This document shows, one piece after another, positions 15,692-31,961 of a stretch of DNA of 64,000 bases. This DNA is from the human T2T-CHM13v2.0 reference genome, Homo sapiens: the NCBI RefSeq assembly GCF_009914755.1, contig NC_060930.1; one strand, 5' to 3'. A program made the translations under genes and the position numbers. The notes under the pieces were generated by a model, which saw nothing but the letters and a program-made list of their open reading frames with translations, made no database searches and was not told the DNA's origin. Each line of letters opens with the position of its first letter. The stretch's first letter is position 1.

Positions 15692-15940
15692 TTGTATATA
15701 TATATAAATATTTAGTTAAAGATTGGAAAAATATATGTATTCTTTATTTATATATAATATATTATTTATATATAGTTAATATATATTCTTTTTTACATAT
15801 AAAGAAATTATATAAGAATATATAAAAACATATAATATATAAGAATATTTATACTATATATAATATATAGAGGAATATCTATATAGAGACTATATATATA
15901 AGAATATACATACACAAATATTTATATATTTATATATTCT
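15692..15940. repeat. TA-rich low-complexity tract
   Basis: About 250 bp of almost pure A/T with TA runs. Confidence 0.9.
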
Positions 15941-16146
15941 TTCCGATCTTCATTTTAGGTCCAGGGGATATATGTTCAGGTTTGTTACATGGGTAAATTG
16001 TGTGCTGTAGGGGTTTGATGTACAGATAGTTTTGTCACCCAGGTAGTCAGCATAGTACTCGATAGGTAGTTCTGCAATCCTCACCCTCCTCCCACACTCC
16101 ACTCTCTAGTAGGTTTTGGCGTCTATTGTTTCCTTCTCTGTGTCCT
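15937..16146 (-). mobile_element. Older L1PA/L1PB 3'UTR end
   Basis: aggtttgttacatgggtaaattg...gtcacccaggtagtcagcatagtac...cctcaccctcctcccac. Confidence 0.8.
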
Positions 16147-16518
16147 GATATAAATATTGATCATGTAACCATGTAATTACCCAGAAGATAGGTGATCTGA
16201 ATTAATCAGAGTGCAAGCAGAGTATTTGCCTATCTGTGAACCTGGGTTTTCTGACCCAGTTACCTTACCACACCCCAATATATCTAGTCAACGGCCAAGT
16301 CTCCATCTCACTCCAAAGCATGTTGACATAACTGTGGATGAAGTCTTCCATCCCATAAGTCAGGCTTAGCAATGCCTAGAGGAGTGATCTCAGCAGATCT
16401 TCAAAACTCCTGAACCTAACAACACTCAGTCAACTTAACTGAGTATCTCTAAGGTTTTCTTAAAAAAAAAAAAAAAAAAAAACTCTTTATTTAGAATAAA
16501 GACTATATTGAGAAGAGA

Positions 16519-17024
16519 TGTGATGTATAATAGAGCCAAAATTAAAGCCCAATGTTATGTGCTGCCTTGACATCTGGTGCAATCAGAAAGGCCTTTTCTG
16601 GCCTAATTGCAAGTCCTCTCTGTACTGTCTTCCCACAGATGAGGACTCCTAGGCAAACAATCCTCCTTATCAAGGGGACTAGGCACAGTTCCTGCTTATT
16701 CCTGAGTAGTGGGTTTCAATTCGTTGCCAGTCTAAGGAATTACTCAAACAAGTCAATCACATCCTCCTGCACAAACCAGAGGGCATCTCACCCTCTTGAT
16801 ACTACAAAACAGCCCTTGGCTGTTCATCCTGTTCCTGAGTGCAACCGCCATGTGGCTCTGCAGGAAGTGTGGTGTCTTCCTCCCCTGGGCGGTGAATATA
16901 TGTGACTAACAAACTGCTGTTGATCTCATCTCTCCAATGTTGGGTGTTGTGTTTGGGCATTCCCATTTATCTAAAGTGGGAATCCCTCTCTCACTGATAG
17001 TGATAAGAGGAAGTGATTAGAACA
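16519..17024 (+). mobile_element. Solo ERVL-class LTR (MER74/MER73/LTR53-like)
   Basis: About 500-bp TG...CA element with gagccaaaattaaagcccaatgttatgtgctgccttgacatctgg. The family name is from recall. Confidence 0.55.
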
Positions 17025-17189
17025 AAAGAGTCAAAGTTAATTGTTCTTCCAAATTGGTGAAAAATATCCTAGAGTTGAGATTATATTCTGGTTGTTAAAC
17101 TAAGTTTTTGTCTCATCTAATAAAAAATTTGCTTTCATAACTCTCAGAAGATCTGTCTTTATAGTTTATAATAACAATTACTAGTACTA

Positions 17190-17435
17190 TGACTACTAAT
17201 AATGTTATTTATTTATTTATATGTCACACACATACATTATTCTATTTTATCTATACCCCAGTTCATAGCTAAGGAAACTGAGACATAGAGAGGTTAAAAG
17301 AATTGGTACATGGTCATAGGTTAGTAAGTTAGTCACTCTGTCAGTCATGATTAAATCTAAGGAATTTCTGTTTGTTTATTGTTGTTTTTTTTAACCTTCA
17401 GAGCTCCTGTGCTTAACCACAAAATTATACCACTA
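17190..17435 (-). mobile_element. MIR
   Basis: aaggaaactgagacatagagaggttaa...gtgcttaaccac. Confidence 0.65.
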
Positions 17436-17534
17436 TCATCATTTGCTTTACTCATTATAATTGTCAGTAAAGTTCTTTAGGGCCTCTAAATCATAATTAA
17501 AACTCACTAACTCTTGTTTAAAAATCACCGATAA

Positions 17535-20327
<2,793 letters not shown>

Positions 20328-21487
20328 AAAAATCAGTGATAAATGACAAACCACTTAATTGAATTACTGACTACTTACTATGTGACAAAAGACTGGGCAC
20401 AACATATGGTTGTTCAATGTAATTACTGATTCCTTATTAAATGCACTTGTCTCTAAAGTTGGAAGACTATTTTAACAAGCCAAGTAAAACTCCAAAGCAG
20501 AATCAATAAATATATGTAGAATCAAAGAGTGAATGAATATCATTAGTATTCTTGTTTAATAATGTATAAACTATGATTTAAATTGGAAAGTGTACACTAA
20601 AATTTACAATGAAAATATTGACAAATCAGAAAATAAAAACACAAAAGTTAAAGATAAAAAGAAAACAATTACTGTCATATTTTGTGTCTAACATATTTCT
20701 AAGATGATTCTAATTTTAAAACATTTCCTCTGGAGACTCCTGAATTCCCCATCCCTGGACTTTATTTGGAATTTGAACTTTGTAACAAAGAGAAATTTTT
20801 TGCCTAGCATCAGCAGTCTAGAAAACAAAGTAAATGTTATTGCTTAGATGGCCTGGTTTATTTCACATCGAACTTGGCAAATGTAGAATGAAAACTTTTT
20901 TTTTTTCATTTTTATAGATGGAAGATGCACCATGGCAAAGTGTGCCTGCTATATTTTTTGTCCCACATTAACTTCATGCTGAAAGTCACTTTTTCCAACA
21001 GTTTTGGAAGTAGAATCTACCTGAATTTCTTTCATGAAGTCTACAGTACCTTTACCTTATTTCTTTAGGAGGAAAATGTCCAGGCATTTTGTAGAACATG
21101 TATTAATAACCAAAATTATGTAGGTTTGGTTTTTGCCTGCTTGCTGCTGGTTGGCTAGTTTTATAGCCTTCTTGACCATGCAGCTTCAACACTACAAAGT
21201 ATTGCTGTTTGGATTATAGGGCTTCCTTAAACATGTCATGTACAGGGACCCAAAACATATGTGCAGAAGTGATTTTCAAAATATATAAGAAGTAGTACAA
21301 CACAGGCACCCACTGTACAGAAAGGACAATGGAGAAGGATCCCAGGCTCTTAACCATTTAGTTGCTTTACTATAGGGAGGTCCAAGGGGGTCCCAAGGAA
21401 AGAGATAGAATTACACATGAGAGACTTGGTGCAGTGGGTATTTTCCATTTAGTTCAGAATTATATCAGTATTTTAATACGAAATGTC

Positions 21488-21803
<316 letters not shown>

Positions 21804-21851
21804 AAGGAATGTAGCTATACTTTCATAATCTTAGTGCATATCATTCCTAAA

Positions 21852-21910
21852 TGTGTGTGTTTGTACATATATATAATATATATGTGTGTATATACATATA
21901 TAATATATGC
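21852..21910. repeat. (TG)/(TA) simple repeat
   Basis: tgtgtgtgtttgtacatatatataatatatatgtgtgtatatacatatata. Confidence 0.75.
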
Positions 21911-24369
21911 ACAAAATATTTGAAGTGGATACTTAAGTATCTGGATTTTTTTTGCAACAGTAACATTTATAAAGGAAAAGTCTCCTGTTACTACAGGATC
22001 TTTTCTTAACTAATTGTAAACCAGAACTGCCATACTGCTAAATGAGGACTTATAAGAAAGTTTTATCAAGATGATTTGAAAAGTTAATCAAAAGAAATTT
22101 TAAAATGTTTTGATGTAGCTCTTTTTGGTGGGAGGATGAGATCTTTTGGGATAAGAAAAATGAATTTTAAAAAACTATCCACGTTCTTTTCATCTTCATC
22201 ATAATTGATTCTCCCTGTGTATCATTTTGGGTCTAGTTTCCTACCCATATTTGTAATGTGGGTTTCATTTACATAAAATGGGAACATAATAAATATAAGG
22301 CTTACTAACGATTGTTTTATGTGGCTGCCAATCTGCCAAGTAGCATTCTTAATTATTGCCAGGAAACTGGGCATTTTCCAAGCATATGTTTTAGATTTAA
22401 GACTAATATGTCATGTCAGCCCTCTCTACTGGACTGATGGGAACCTAGTGGGACTTCAGAGCATCTGCTTTGGTGGGTGACTTTTTGGGGTTAGATAAAA
22501 GCACTAATAGAAGAAGATAGGGCAAAGCACCAAAAGTTTCTGAAAGCAAATCCTACAAAGAAATACATCAAAGGGTTATGTTTTCATTATAAACTGATAT
22601 TTTTACTAGGCAAGGATAGAGATCGATCTTCCTCTAGTAGCCATGAAGTAAAGGAAACCAGACCCTAACTTACATTAATGAACCTAGTCTTCTTTGAACA
22701 ACATAACCAGGAGTTTTGCCTCAAATTTTTGTTCAGTGTATGTGGCTTTTTCATTAGCCTGTGCAAACCTGGTATGTTCCATCAAAGAATTTATCCCATG
22801 ACTTGGAAAAAGGGAAACTGAAAATGAAAAAGATCTGGTTTAAATGAGGTGTATTTCTGAATGTTCCCTCAAAAATGTTTTCGAGTCCATGGAAATACTT
22901 TTGGTGGTTTTAGTTTGCTCACCCAACACACACTTTGCTCATGACCCACAGTTCCCTGGTCTTGGCCAAAGAGTTAAGATAACTGTTAAGCATATATGTA
23001 AGCGTGAAACAATTTATTATTGATGTGAAAGCATATCTTGTCACTCTGAATTCTTAATTTTTAAGAAAAATGTATTTAAAATGGAATGCCACCAACCTTT
23101 GGATGTTCAAGTGCTCTTTTAATAGACTTAGAAGAGGTGGTACTTTTGTTAAAATGGGAAGTATTTGAGTGCCATCTTACCAATGCCTTCATGTGGAAAG
23201 GTGACTTCCATAATGGCAGTCAAATGCTAAAACGAATCCAGGATATTTGCTGGGAATCAGTTCCTCTTCCACACTTAAGGCTGTCTTCTTGAGAAATGGA
23301 GAGTGGCACATGCAGTGTTTACTTTTACCCCCAAATGTGTTACATCTAAAGCCAATACTTTAGAAATGATATTTGCCTACATTCATGGCACAATGACTTT
23401 AAAATGGAAGGAAACACAAGCATTTATATCAACAGCTATAGATGGCTATTCATATTCTGAAGAGAAAAAAAGAGAAAAACTGTAATTGTAGATACTATAA
23501 GTCTTAATATCAAATAAAAGCCCTGGAATTCAGCATTGTCTTTGTATCCTATATACTATTGTCAATGTATTGAGCCAGGAACTAAGATTCATGAGTCTGA
23601 TGAATTACATTTAATATCTAAGGCTTAAATTTAATAAATTTTTCCAAGAGCACTTAATAGTTTATGAGATAACTGATGATTATATAAGTAAGATACTGTG
23701 CTTCACTCTTCTGGAGATAAGAATTATGTTGAGAAATGTCAGGGGAAAGTTAATATTTTATTTCAAATTTCCTTCTTAATGACTGAGACATTACAAGAGG
23801 AGAAAGAATTGAAAGGGAAATATTTACTTATAAAACCAAAGAATTTAAAAATTAATCAGAAAACACTACAAATATGGTTTCATTTATTCTTCTCCTCCTC
23901 TTCTTCCTCTTTCTTCTCCATTTTAGAATTCTTCCACAGTTAATAGAAAGAGATTAGAAAATAGCCTTCCTTAAATTAAGATATCTGTACATAAAAACCT
24001 AGCTTACCTGACAAACTTCCTGAAGAATTTGGCAAAGCTCTTGGGGTAGATGTGGATGTTTTCTCCTGGTATTCCTCAAATACCAGCAGAGAAGGTACAC
24101 TAGTTCCTCACCTAATCCATTATTTCAGGTCTTGCCTTATGACAGCATTTCTCAAGTGTGTTTTTGTTAATAGAGTCAATGGCTTTCCATACCTTACTCA
24201 AGAAAAGAGATTCCTTGATGAAAGAATTTTAGGAAAAGAAAATCAGGAAAATTAAGTTGTTGTGCTTTGTACATGTTTGTTTGCTTAGCAGTTAAGACTT
24301 CCCATGATCAAGTGTGAATAACTCTCTCAAATAATATACTATTTAGAACTGTCACAATCCCAAATGAAA

Positions 24370-24585
24370 AGAACGCAGGCTTTATGCGTTTAAAATCTAA
24401 GTTTCAATCTGTCAAGACTCTGGGAAGGTGCCCTAATCTTTCTCTTTCTTCATTTCTTAATTTGTAAAATGGGAATGGAAGTAGGTTCATAGCATCACTA
24501 CAAAGAGCAAATATGATTGTTTATGTAAAGTGTCTACTCAGCACAGTGCCTGGCACATGAGCAGCCTCCAATAAATGGCAGTGAT
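24370..24585 (+). mobile_element. MIR
   Basis: tttgtaaaatggg...cagcacagtgcctggcacat...caataaatggc. Confidence 0.65.
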
Positions 24586-26984
24586 AATCCTAATGGAACA
24601 TACCCCTTGCAATGACAATTGATCTTTGTGCATAGGGCAGCAGTATTCTTCCTGTGGGATTAGTGTTCAACAACCTTGGAAGAGGAGCATTCTCATTGCA
24701 AAAGAAAATTGTCAGGAATGACACAGATCTTCTCTCACCAGATATATCTTCCTCAGGGTTCATGAACTTTTAACCAGTATGGGTCATGAATATGAGCTAA
24801 ATTATTTTGTGATAAAATGTCCAGAATCAAATATTCCTTCAACCCCACAACAACCTAGAGATAACAAGCATTTTCAGGGAGACTTGGCTAAATTTCAGAA
24901 TTTTTTTTTTTTTTGCATTCATTTTGAAACTCTCTTCTTATCCAAAGACCACAAGCAGTTGAGCCTTGAATTGATCATCTGGATTCCATCATGTTACATT
25001 TGTTTCTATTTGTGCATTTTGTAGTATGCACTCTTTTCATCATGGTTGCCATAGATTCCATTGAAATTTTCAAATTTAAATTATAGTAGGAACATTAAAT
25101 TCTCCCCTAGAATTTACATTAAATTCATCTTAATATAAAAAATTAAAAAAATTACTCATTTTGTTATTCATTCAGTCATTCATTTCTATGCAGAAAATTC
25201 TGGTTTTTGCCTGGGCTATTTAGTTATCTCTGCCTACCAAGCTCTTACGCATTCTCAGATCTCTTTCCTTCTAAAAGTCTATAATAACCTCTTCAGCCAA
25301 AGACAATTTCCCCCCTCACCTAGAAACCTACATATATTTCAAATGGCATGTGTTACCCACCACCGTGGAGGGGAGTTCTACATATTGCATGTTTTCCATC
25401 TCCCCAAAAAGACCATGACTGCTTAAAGAGATGACCTCATCATCTCTGTACTCTCCATAGTATAATACCTTGTATATAATTTGTTGTCAATAAATAGTCA
25501 TGCACTTCTGTGGTTACCAAAAGGTTAGATTGCTTCTGGTAGCACAGTGGTTTTTTAAAAACCATATTAATTTTTCCATGTTCTGAAAGTAAAGATAAAG
25601 GAAAAAAATTTATCTGAGCAATGCAGAAGTCAAGATGGATTTTGCTGGAGGAGTGGAAGGACAGAGGTGAAAATTTGTAGTCCAGCTCTTCCTTTTCTTT
25701 CATCATAAATAGTGTTTTGACTCATGTGACATGATCTTAACATGTGCATATATCAAAGAATCCCTGAATGGAGATACATCATGAAATAAAGGCAAAAAGT
25801 GTATTTCTTCTTTTCCCTTACTTTTGAAAAAAATTCCTAAATTTAAAAATAGTCCCTGTTCTGCATTCATTATTCAGATATTTTTCATAGCCAAATGGTT
25901 ACATAGAATGGGGATCCTGTGGGTTAATGGCTCCAAGAACTATAAAAAATAACAAAACTAAAGTAAAAGAGTTGATATAGAGGAGATTTTTGAAGACTAA
26001 AAAACACGACAAAATTTAAAAATCCACTAAACTCTACAAACAACTCTAAAGCTCACAGTCCTATACAATATTGTCACCTTGAAATCTGATTTCTGAGCTC
26101 AGCACCAGCAAAATGGCTACCAAAGAGTGATGACAAGAAGCAGTAAAGTATTCTCTGTACTGTCACCAACTGAGATCGTAGTAAAGGACACACTATTCTA
26201 CGGCTTCACTTAGATGAGGGCATAGGATCAGAAAAGAAAACAAGGGCACAAATGGGTGACTTTGAATTCATCAGAGCACAAAACACAAAGTAGCAAATAA
26301 TTAGACTGAGACAGAAAGTATTAGCAGAAAGGTGAGTCTAAGAATTCTATCTAAACTTCAACTAAATGTGATCAAAACCACTAACGGGGTTAAATTGAAC
26401 ACTCAGCAACCTGGATAGACTTAGGGCAACCATCTAAACTACAAAAGAAACATTTGCCTGTCAGGAAAATGAAACATTGGAATCCACCCTTGAAGAAAAG
26501 TGTGGCACCAGCATTCCTGAAAATCTTTCAAAGAGAATACACCAACTTCTGTGAGTATGGCCAGGTTCATGACTGATGGTGCAAACTTATTGCTAAGATA
26601 GGTTGGGTTGGAAGAGTGGGACAACCTTCCAAAAGGCAAACGGACTCAATGACTTCCCTTAAAATAAACATATATCCTTCAAGAGAATATATCTACAAAG
26701 AATATAAAAATGAATGTAATATTTATAGGTAGTTTTAAGGTTAATAAACAAAATAACCTAGAGCAAATGGTAGGCAGCAATATGAGGCATTAAGAAAGGG
26801 AAGACAACCCTTAATGAGTCCTAAAGGAAGGACATCTCTTAAAATACTAAAGGAAAATCTAATAAAACACAAAGGAATTAAAATACTATAAATAATCAAC
26901 TTTGTCCTTTTTTAAATTTATGTTACTCATTAAGATCAAATAGTGCCAATTTTTGTTGAGAAATATTGTTTGGCATATTAATGA

Positions 26985-27215
26985 AAGAATGAATGAATGA
27001 ATGTGCGTTTATTGAGCACCTGCTTTTTCCCAAGCCCTAGGCACTTTCTCAATTATCTCATTTAATTCTCACAACAACCCTGTCAGTTAGGAATTATTAT
27101 CCTAATTATATTATTAAGAAAATAGACTCATAAATGTTGAAGAGCCCAAAGACACACAGCTATTGTAATAAAGAGCAGGGCCAGATTTCCAACCCAGGTC
27201 TTTTGATTTCATGCT
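26985..27215 (-). mobile_element. MIR
   Basis: tttattgagcacc...catttaattctcacaacaaccctg...aacccaggtc. Confidence 0.7.
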
Positions 27216-28719
27216 GCATTTTCTGTTCAGAAGGAAACTCATTGCTTCTCTTTCTAAAAATAAATCATCATTGCTGGCAAAATTTTGCTTGTCCAAAGGA
27301 CTTCTGGATCTACCTGGAGACCTTTGGAATCAGCACCAAAATTGGAACCGTTTAATGAAAGTCTGGGCAATTACCCCATCATGCCCAGCAAACGGGAAAA
27401 TGAGCCTTTGGCTTGACTCATGTATTTAACTGTTGTTTCAGGAGAGGCCCAAAAGGAAAAGTGGTTACGTCAATTGTATTTTAAAAGAGTGACTAAGTTG
27501 TGAGCATTTCCAAAAACATATTTTTCTTCAGAGTTTAGTTTTACTATCTTTGGAGACAATGACTCAGGCATCTCTTTGTTGCCTGCTCTCTAATTAGCAA
27601 GTTCTAAAGACATCGCACTCAGAAAAGAGGAAAAGTAGCCTTGATTTTGTTCAAAACTTCACTCATATCGTCCCCTAAATGAACTTCTAAAAATGCTATC
27701 AAGCTACTACAGAAGCTGATGAAAGGAGAAAGTACACCGCCTGTTACAACAAGCTTCCCTAGAAGCACAAGCCCAGCCCTCTGACACAGGCTTTCAAAGG
27801 TTGCCAAGGTCTTCAGACACACGTTTTATCAGACACCTATTTACTCTGTGACCCTCTAGAGTGCCAGTCAAGTGCTGGTGGGTTGTAAGATACACAGTTT
27901 TATCACCACTTCCTAACGTGAAGAGAACCAGAACCAGAACACACGAGGGGAAGAGAAGGAAGAAGACGGGAAGGGTGAAGAGCAATTTTTCCAAATCAGT
28001 CTAAGGGAGAATTGGGCCATAGCATTTTTTTTTTCACGTGAAAACATGATGAAAAAGAAGAAAAAAGGCCCACACGATTTGTTTTATGGACTTTCAGAAG
28101 AAACTGCCTCAATGCTCTGCATCCCAGGAACTGTTAAACTCTCTCTTACTTCCAGGCCTCCCAGTGACTCCCTGCAGAGAAGGGCATTACTGAGATTGCA
28201 GCTGATTGCGGCTGAGCTGCTGCAGTCAGGCTGCACTCAGTTTGATAGTCCCAAGAGAAATGGAGCGTAGGACATTTAGGTTTCAGCATCACCAAGGCGT
28301 TTTCAACAGAGGCGAGTTCCTGATTATGAGGGAATGTGGCAGGTTTGTTTTACACAGTTATCAAAACCCCAAACATTTTAAGAGACCGAGCACTGAATAT
28401 GTTATACACTGGCAGAGTGTGGGGTGATTCTAGGATCATTAATTAGCAAACACCCTTGAGTCACCTATTTAGAACAATGAATGAAATGCCGTAAGAAAAT
28501 TCTGAAACAGAGTGAGTCAAATCACTCCAGTAGACTTTGCTAGGGGGGCTGTGAGGGTTTAAAAAATATTTAGTTACAAAATTTTTAAAATCAGATAATT
28601 CACCTGAAAATACAGATATTTGACTTCTCTTTAACAGTCGAGAGACCTGACAACGTTGAGGAGATCCACATTTCAGCATGATATCAGCAAGCAGCCAACA
28701 CTGAGAATCCCTGACCCTT

Positions 28720-29120
28720 TTATTCTCATTATTTAATTGACAAAAATAATTGTATATATTACATATTTATGGAGTATAATGTGATAATTCGATACATGTT
28801 TACATTGCGGAATACTAAATCAAGTTTTATCAAATGTATCACCTCACATACTCATCATTTTTTTGCAGTGAAAATATTTAAAATCTACTATTTTAGTAAT
28901 TTTGAAATATACAAGCATTATTATGTATTATAGTTGCCATTTGGTGCAATAGGTCACTAAAGCTTACTCTTCCTGTCTGACTGAAATTTTGTACCCTTTC
29001 ATCAACATCTCCTCTTCCCCATCCAGATCCTTTTCCCAACTCATGGTAACTGCCATTCCACTATCTATGTGTTCAAGTATTTTGTATTCCACAAATAAGT
29101 GGGAGCATGCTGTCCTTGTC
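28720..29120 (-). mobile_element. L1MA-type 3' end
   Basis: attgacaaaaataattgtatat...atcacctcacatactcatc...aaaatctactattttagtaattttgaaatatac. Confidence 0.8.
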
Positions 29121-31091
29121 CTTTTTTTTAAGTTTAATTTTATTTTTAGTTGACACATAATAAGTATACACATTATGGGGTACAATGTGATGTTTTGATA
29201 TATGTGTACACTGCATAACCATCAAATCAAAGTAATTAGCAGGTCCATCACCTCAAATATTTATTATTTTTTGTGGTTGAAACATTCAAAATCCTCTCTT
29301 CTAGCTATTTTGAAATTACTTGTTTGTTAACTATGGTTACCTTGCTGTGCAATAGAACATCAGAACTTATTCCTCTATCCTAACTGTAACTTTTACCTGT
29401 TGACCGACCTGTCCCCATCCCCTCCCCCATCACTTCTCCAGCTTCTGATAATCATTATTCTACTCTCCACTTCTTTTCTTTTTTTTTCCAACTTTTTTTT
29501 TAAATTCAGGGGGTACATAGACAGGTTTGGTATCTGGACATATTGCATGATGCTGAAGTTTGGGGTATGAATGATCCTATCACCCAGGTACTGAGCATAC
29601 TACCCGATAGGTAATTTTTCAACCCCTGACCCCGCTTCCTCCCTCCTACCTCTAGTGATCCCAAGTGTCTATTGTTGCCATTTTTATGTCCATGTCTACT
29701 CTCTACTTCCATTAAGATAAATTTTTTTAGAGTTCACATATAAGTAAGACCATGCAGCATTTTTCTCTCTATATTTAGCTTATTTCATTTAATGTCTTCC
29801 ATGTTCATCCATGTTGTTGCAAATGACAGGATTTCATGCTCTTTTATGGCTGAATAGTATTCCATTATGTGTATATGCCACATTTTCTTTATCCATTCAT
29901 TCATTGATGAACACTTAGGTTGATTCTATATCTTGGCTATTGTGAAGAGTGCTGCAATAAACACTGAGTGCAAGTATCTCTTTGAAATACTGATTTCATT
30001 TCTTTTGTATATATGACCAGGAGTCGGATTGCTGAATTATACAGTAGGTCTGTTTTTTAGTACTTTGAAGAACCTCTATACTGTTTTTTATAATGACTAA
30101 TTTACATTCCCACCAACAGTGAGTGTTTCCCTTTCTTCACATCCTTGCCAACACTTGTTATCTTTTGTCGTTTTGATAATAGCCATTCTAACTGGAATGA
30201 GGTTCTTATTATGATTTGGATTTGGATTTCCCTGATGATTAGTGATACTGAACAGGTTTTATAAACCTGTTGATCATTTGTGTATCTTCTTTTGAGAAAT
30301 GTCTATTCAAGTCTGTCATCCATTTTAAAATCAGATTTTTAAAGCTATTGAGTTGTTTGAGTTCCTTATACATTCTGAATATTAACCCTATGTCAGACGT
30401 ATGGTTCGCAAATAATTTCTTGCATCCTGTAGATTGTCTGTTCACTACATTGATTATTTCCTTTGCTGTGCAAGGAGGTGAAAGATCTATCCACTGAAAA
30501 CTATAAAACATTGATAAAAGAAATTGAAGAAGACACAAATGAAAAGATATCCTGTGCTCATTGATTAAAATAATGAATATTGTTAAAATAACCATACTAC
30601 CTAACATGATGATACATTTAATGTAATCCCCACCAAAATGCCAACGACACTCTTCACAGAAATAGAAAAAACAATGCTAAAATTCATATGAAACCACAAA
30701 TAACCCCCAAAACCAAAGCAATCTTGAGCAAAAAGAACAAATCCGGATGCATCAAACTATCTGACTTCAAAATATACTACAAACTTATAGTAACTAAAGC
30801 AGTATGGTATTGGGATAAAAACAGACAAATAGACCAATGGAATAGAATAGGGAGTCTAGAACTAAATCCACACATCTACAGCCAACTGATTTTTGACAAA
30901 GGTGCCAAAAAACACAAATTGAGGAAAGGAAAGTATCTTCAATAAATGGTGTTGTGAAAATTGGATATGCACATGCCACAAAGAATGAAAATAGACCCTT
31001 CTCCCTCATCATATACAAAATTTAATTCTAAATGGATTAAAGAATTAAATGCAAGACCCAAAATTATGAAACTACTATAAAAAGAAACAGG
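29121..31091 (-). mobile_element. Second L1MA-type element with 5' inversion and a nested younger L1 3' end
   Basis: Minus-strand 3'UTR/ORF2 at 29121-29470 and 29700-30472. It flips to plus-strand ORF2 at ~30473-31091 (ORF 30688..30945: KIYYK...[13 protein letters not shown]). Confidence 0.8.
29475..29697 (-). mobile_element. Older L1PA/L1PB 3'UTR fragment nested in L1MA
   Basis: T-rich tail followed by caggggtacatagacaggtttg...gatcctatcacccaggtactgagcat. Confidence 0.75.
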
Positions 31092-31205
31092 GGTGGGCGC
31101 GGTGGCTCATGCCTGTAATCCTAGTACTTTGGGAGGCCGAGGCGGGCAGATCAAGAGGTCAGGAGATCAAGACCATGCTGGCTAACATGATGAAACCCCA
31201 TCTCC
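31092..31205 (+). mobile_element. Alu left-monomer fragment (AluY/Sc-like), 3'-truncated
   Basis: gggcgcggtggctcatgcc...ggctaacatgatgaaaccccatctc ends abruptly with no linker, right monomer or tail. Confidence 0.9.
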
Positions 31206-31229
31206 AACACATTCTCCATTCCAATAAAT

Positions 31230-31961
31230 AATAACACCACCCCTCAGACTCTTGTGAAGAAGGCTAGGCCACCTCGGTGCCCCCCTTTTCCTCTCTGTCC
31301 ACATCCAGTCAATCTCTGAATCTTGTTCTTTGTCTGTAGAAATAACCTCTTCACTTCTCTTCCTGCTTCATATCTTGCCATGGTCTCTAATCTCTTCAAC
31401 AACCAACACAATTTCTATGAACCATTAGGCCAACTCCAATTAAAACACATTATAGCTTCCATTGCTTCTAGGAATTATCTAAAATTCTTAATACGGTCCT
31501 CAAGGCCTTACCTTGAGTCATTCTCTCTGCAACTCACCATATGCCAGCCACATGGCCTTCTTGTTGTAATTTCTCACTTCCGTACCTTCACAGTGCTGTT
31601 CTTTATGTTGAAATACTTTTCTCTCCTCCTCCCCATCCCTGCTCTGTGCCCTTCATCCCACAAACTCCTCATTCTCCTTCAGGGCTCAACTGAATGTCAC
31701 TTCTTCATAAAACTTTCCCAACCTCCGTGAGTATAAACCTCTTAACACCTCGACTTTTCCATCAGAGCACATATCTACATTACAATTATCCAATTGCTTA
31801 TAAAATATTGGTAAGTATGACCTCCCCTTTAACTGTAAGATGCAAATGGGCAAGGAATGTCTATGTCTGTCTTAATCACAGACATATTACCATATTCCCA
31901 TATGCCTGGCATGCAGTGGGTACTCAAATACTGACTGAGTGACTGAATGAATGAATGAATG
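31230..31961 (+). mobile_element. L2 3' fragment
   Basis: Ends tgcctggcatgcagtgggtactcaaata...(tgaa)n, the L2 3' terminus. Confidence 0.75.

Noticed and set aside
16552-16905. 117-aa ORF (also the 135-aa ORF at 31323-31730 and the 130-aa ORF at 48711-49103)
   Set aside because: They lie within LTR or L2 remnants and have no recognisable domain.
25900-26900. A-rich segment possibly derived from an ancient L1 5'/ORF1 region
   Set aside because: Too degenerate to support a call without a profile search.
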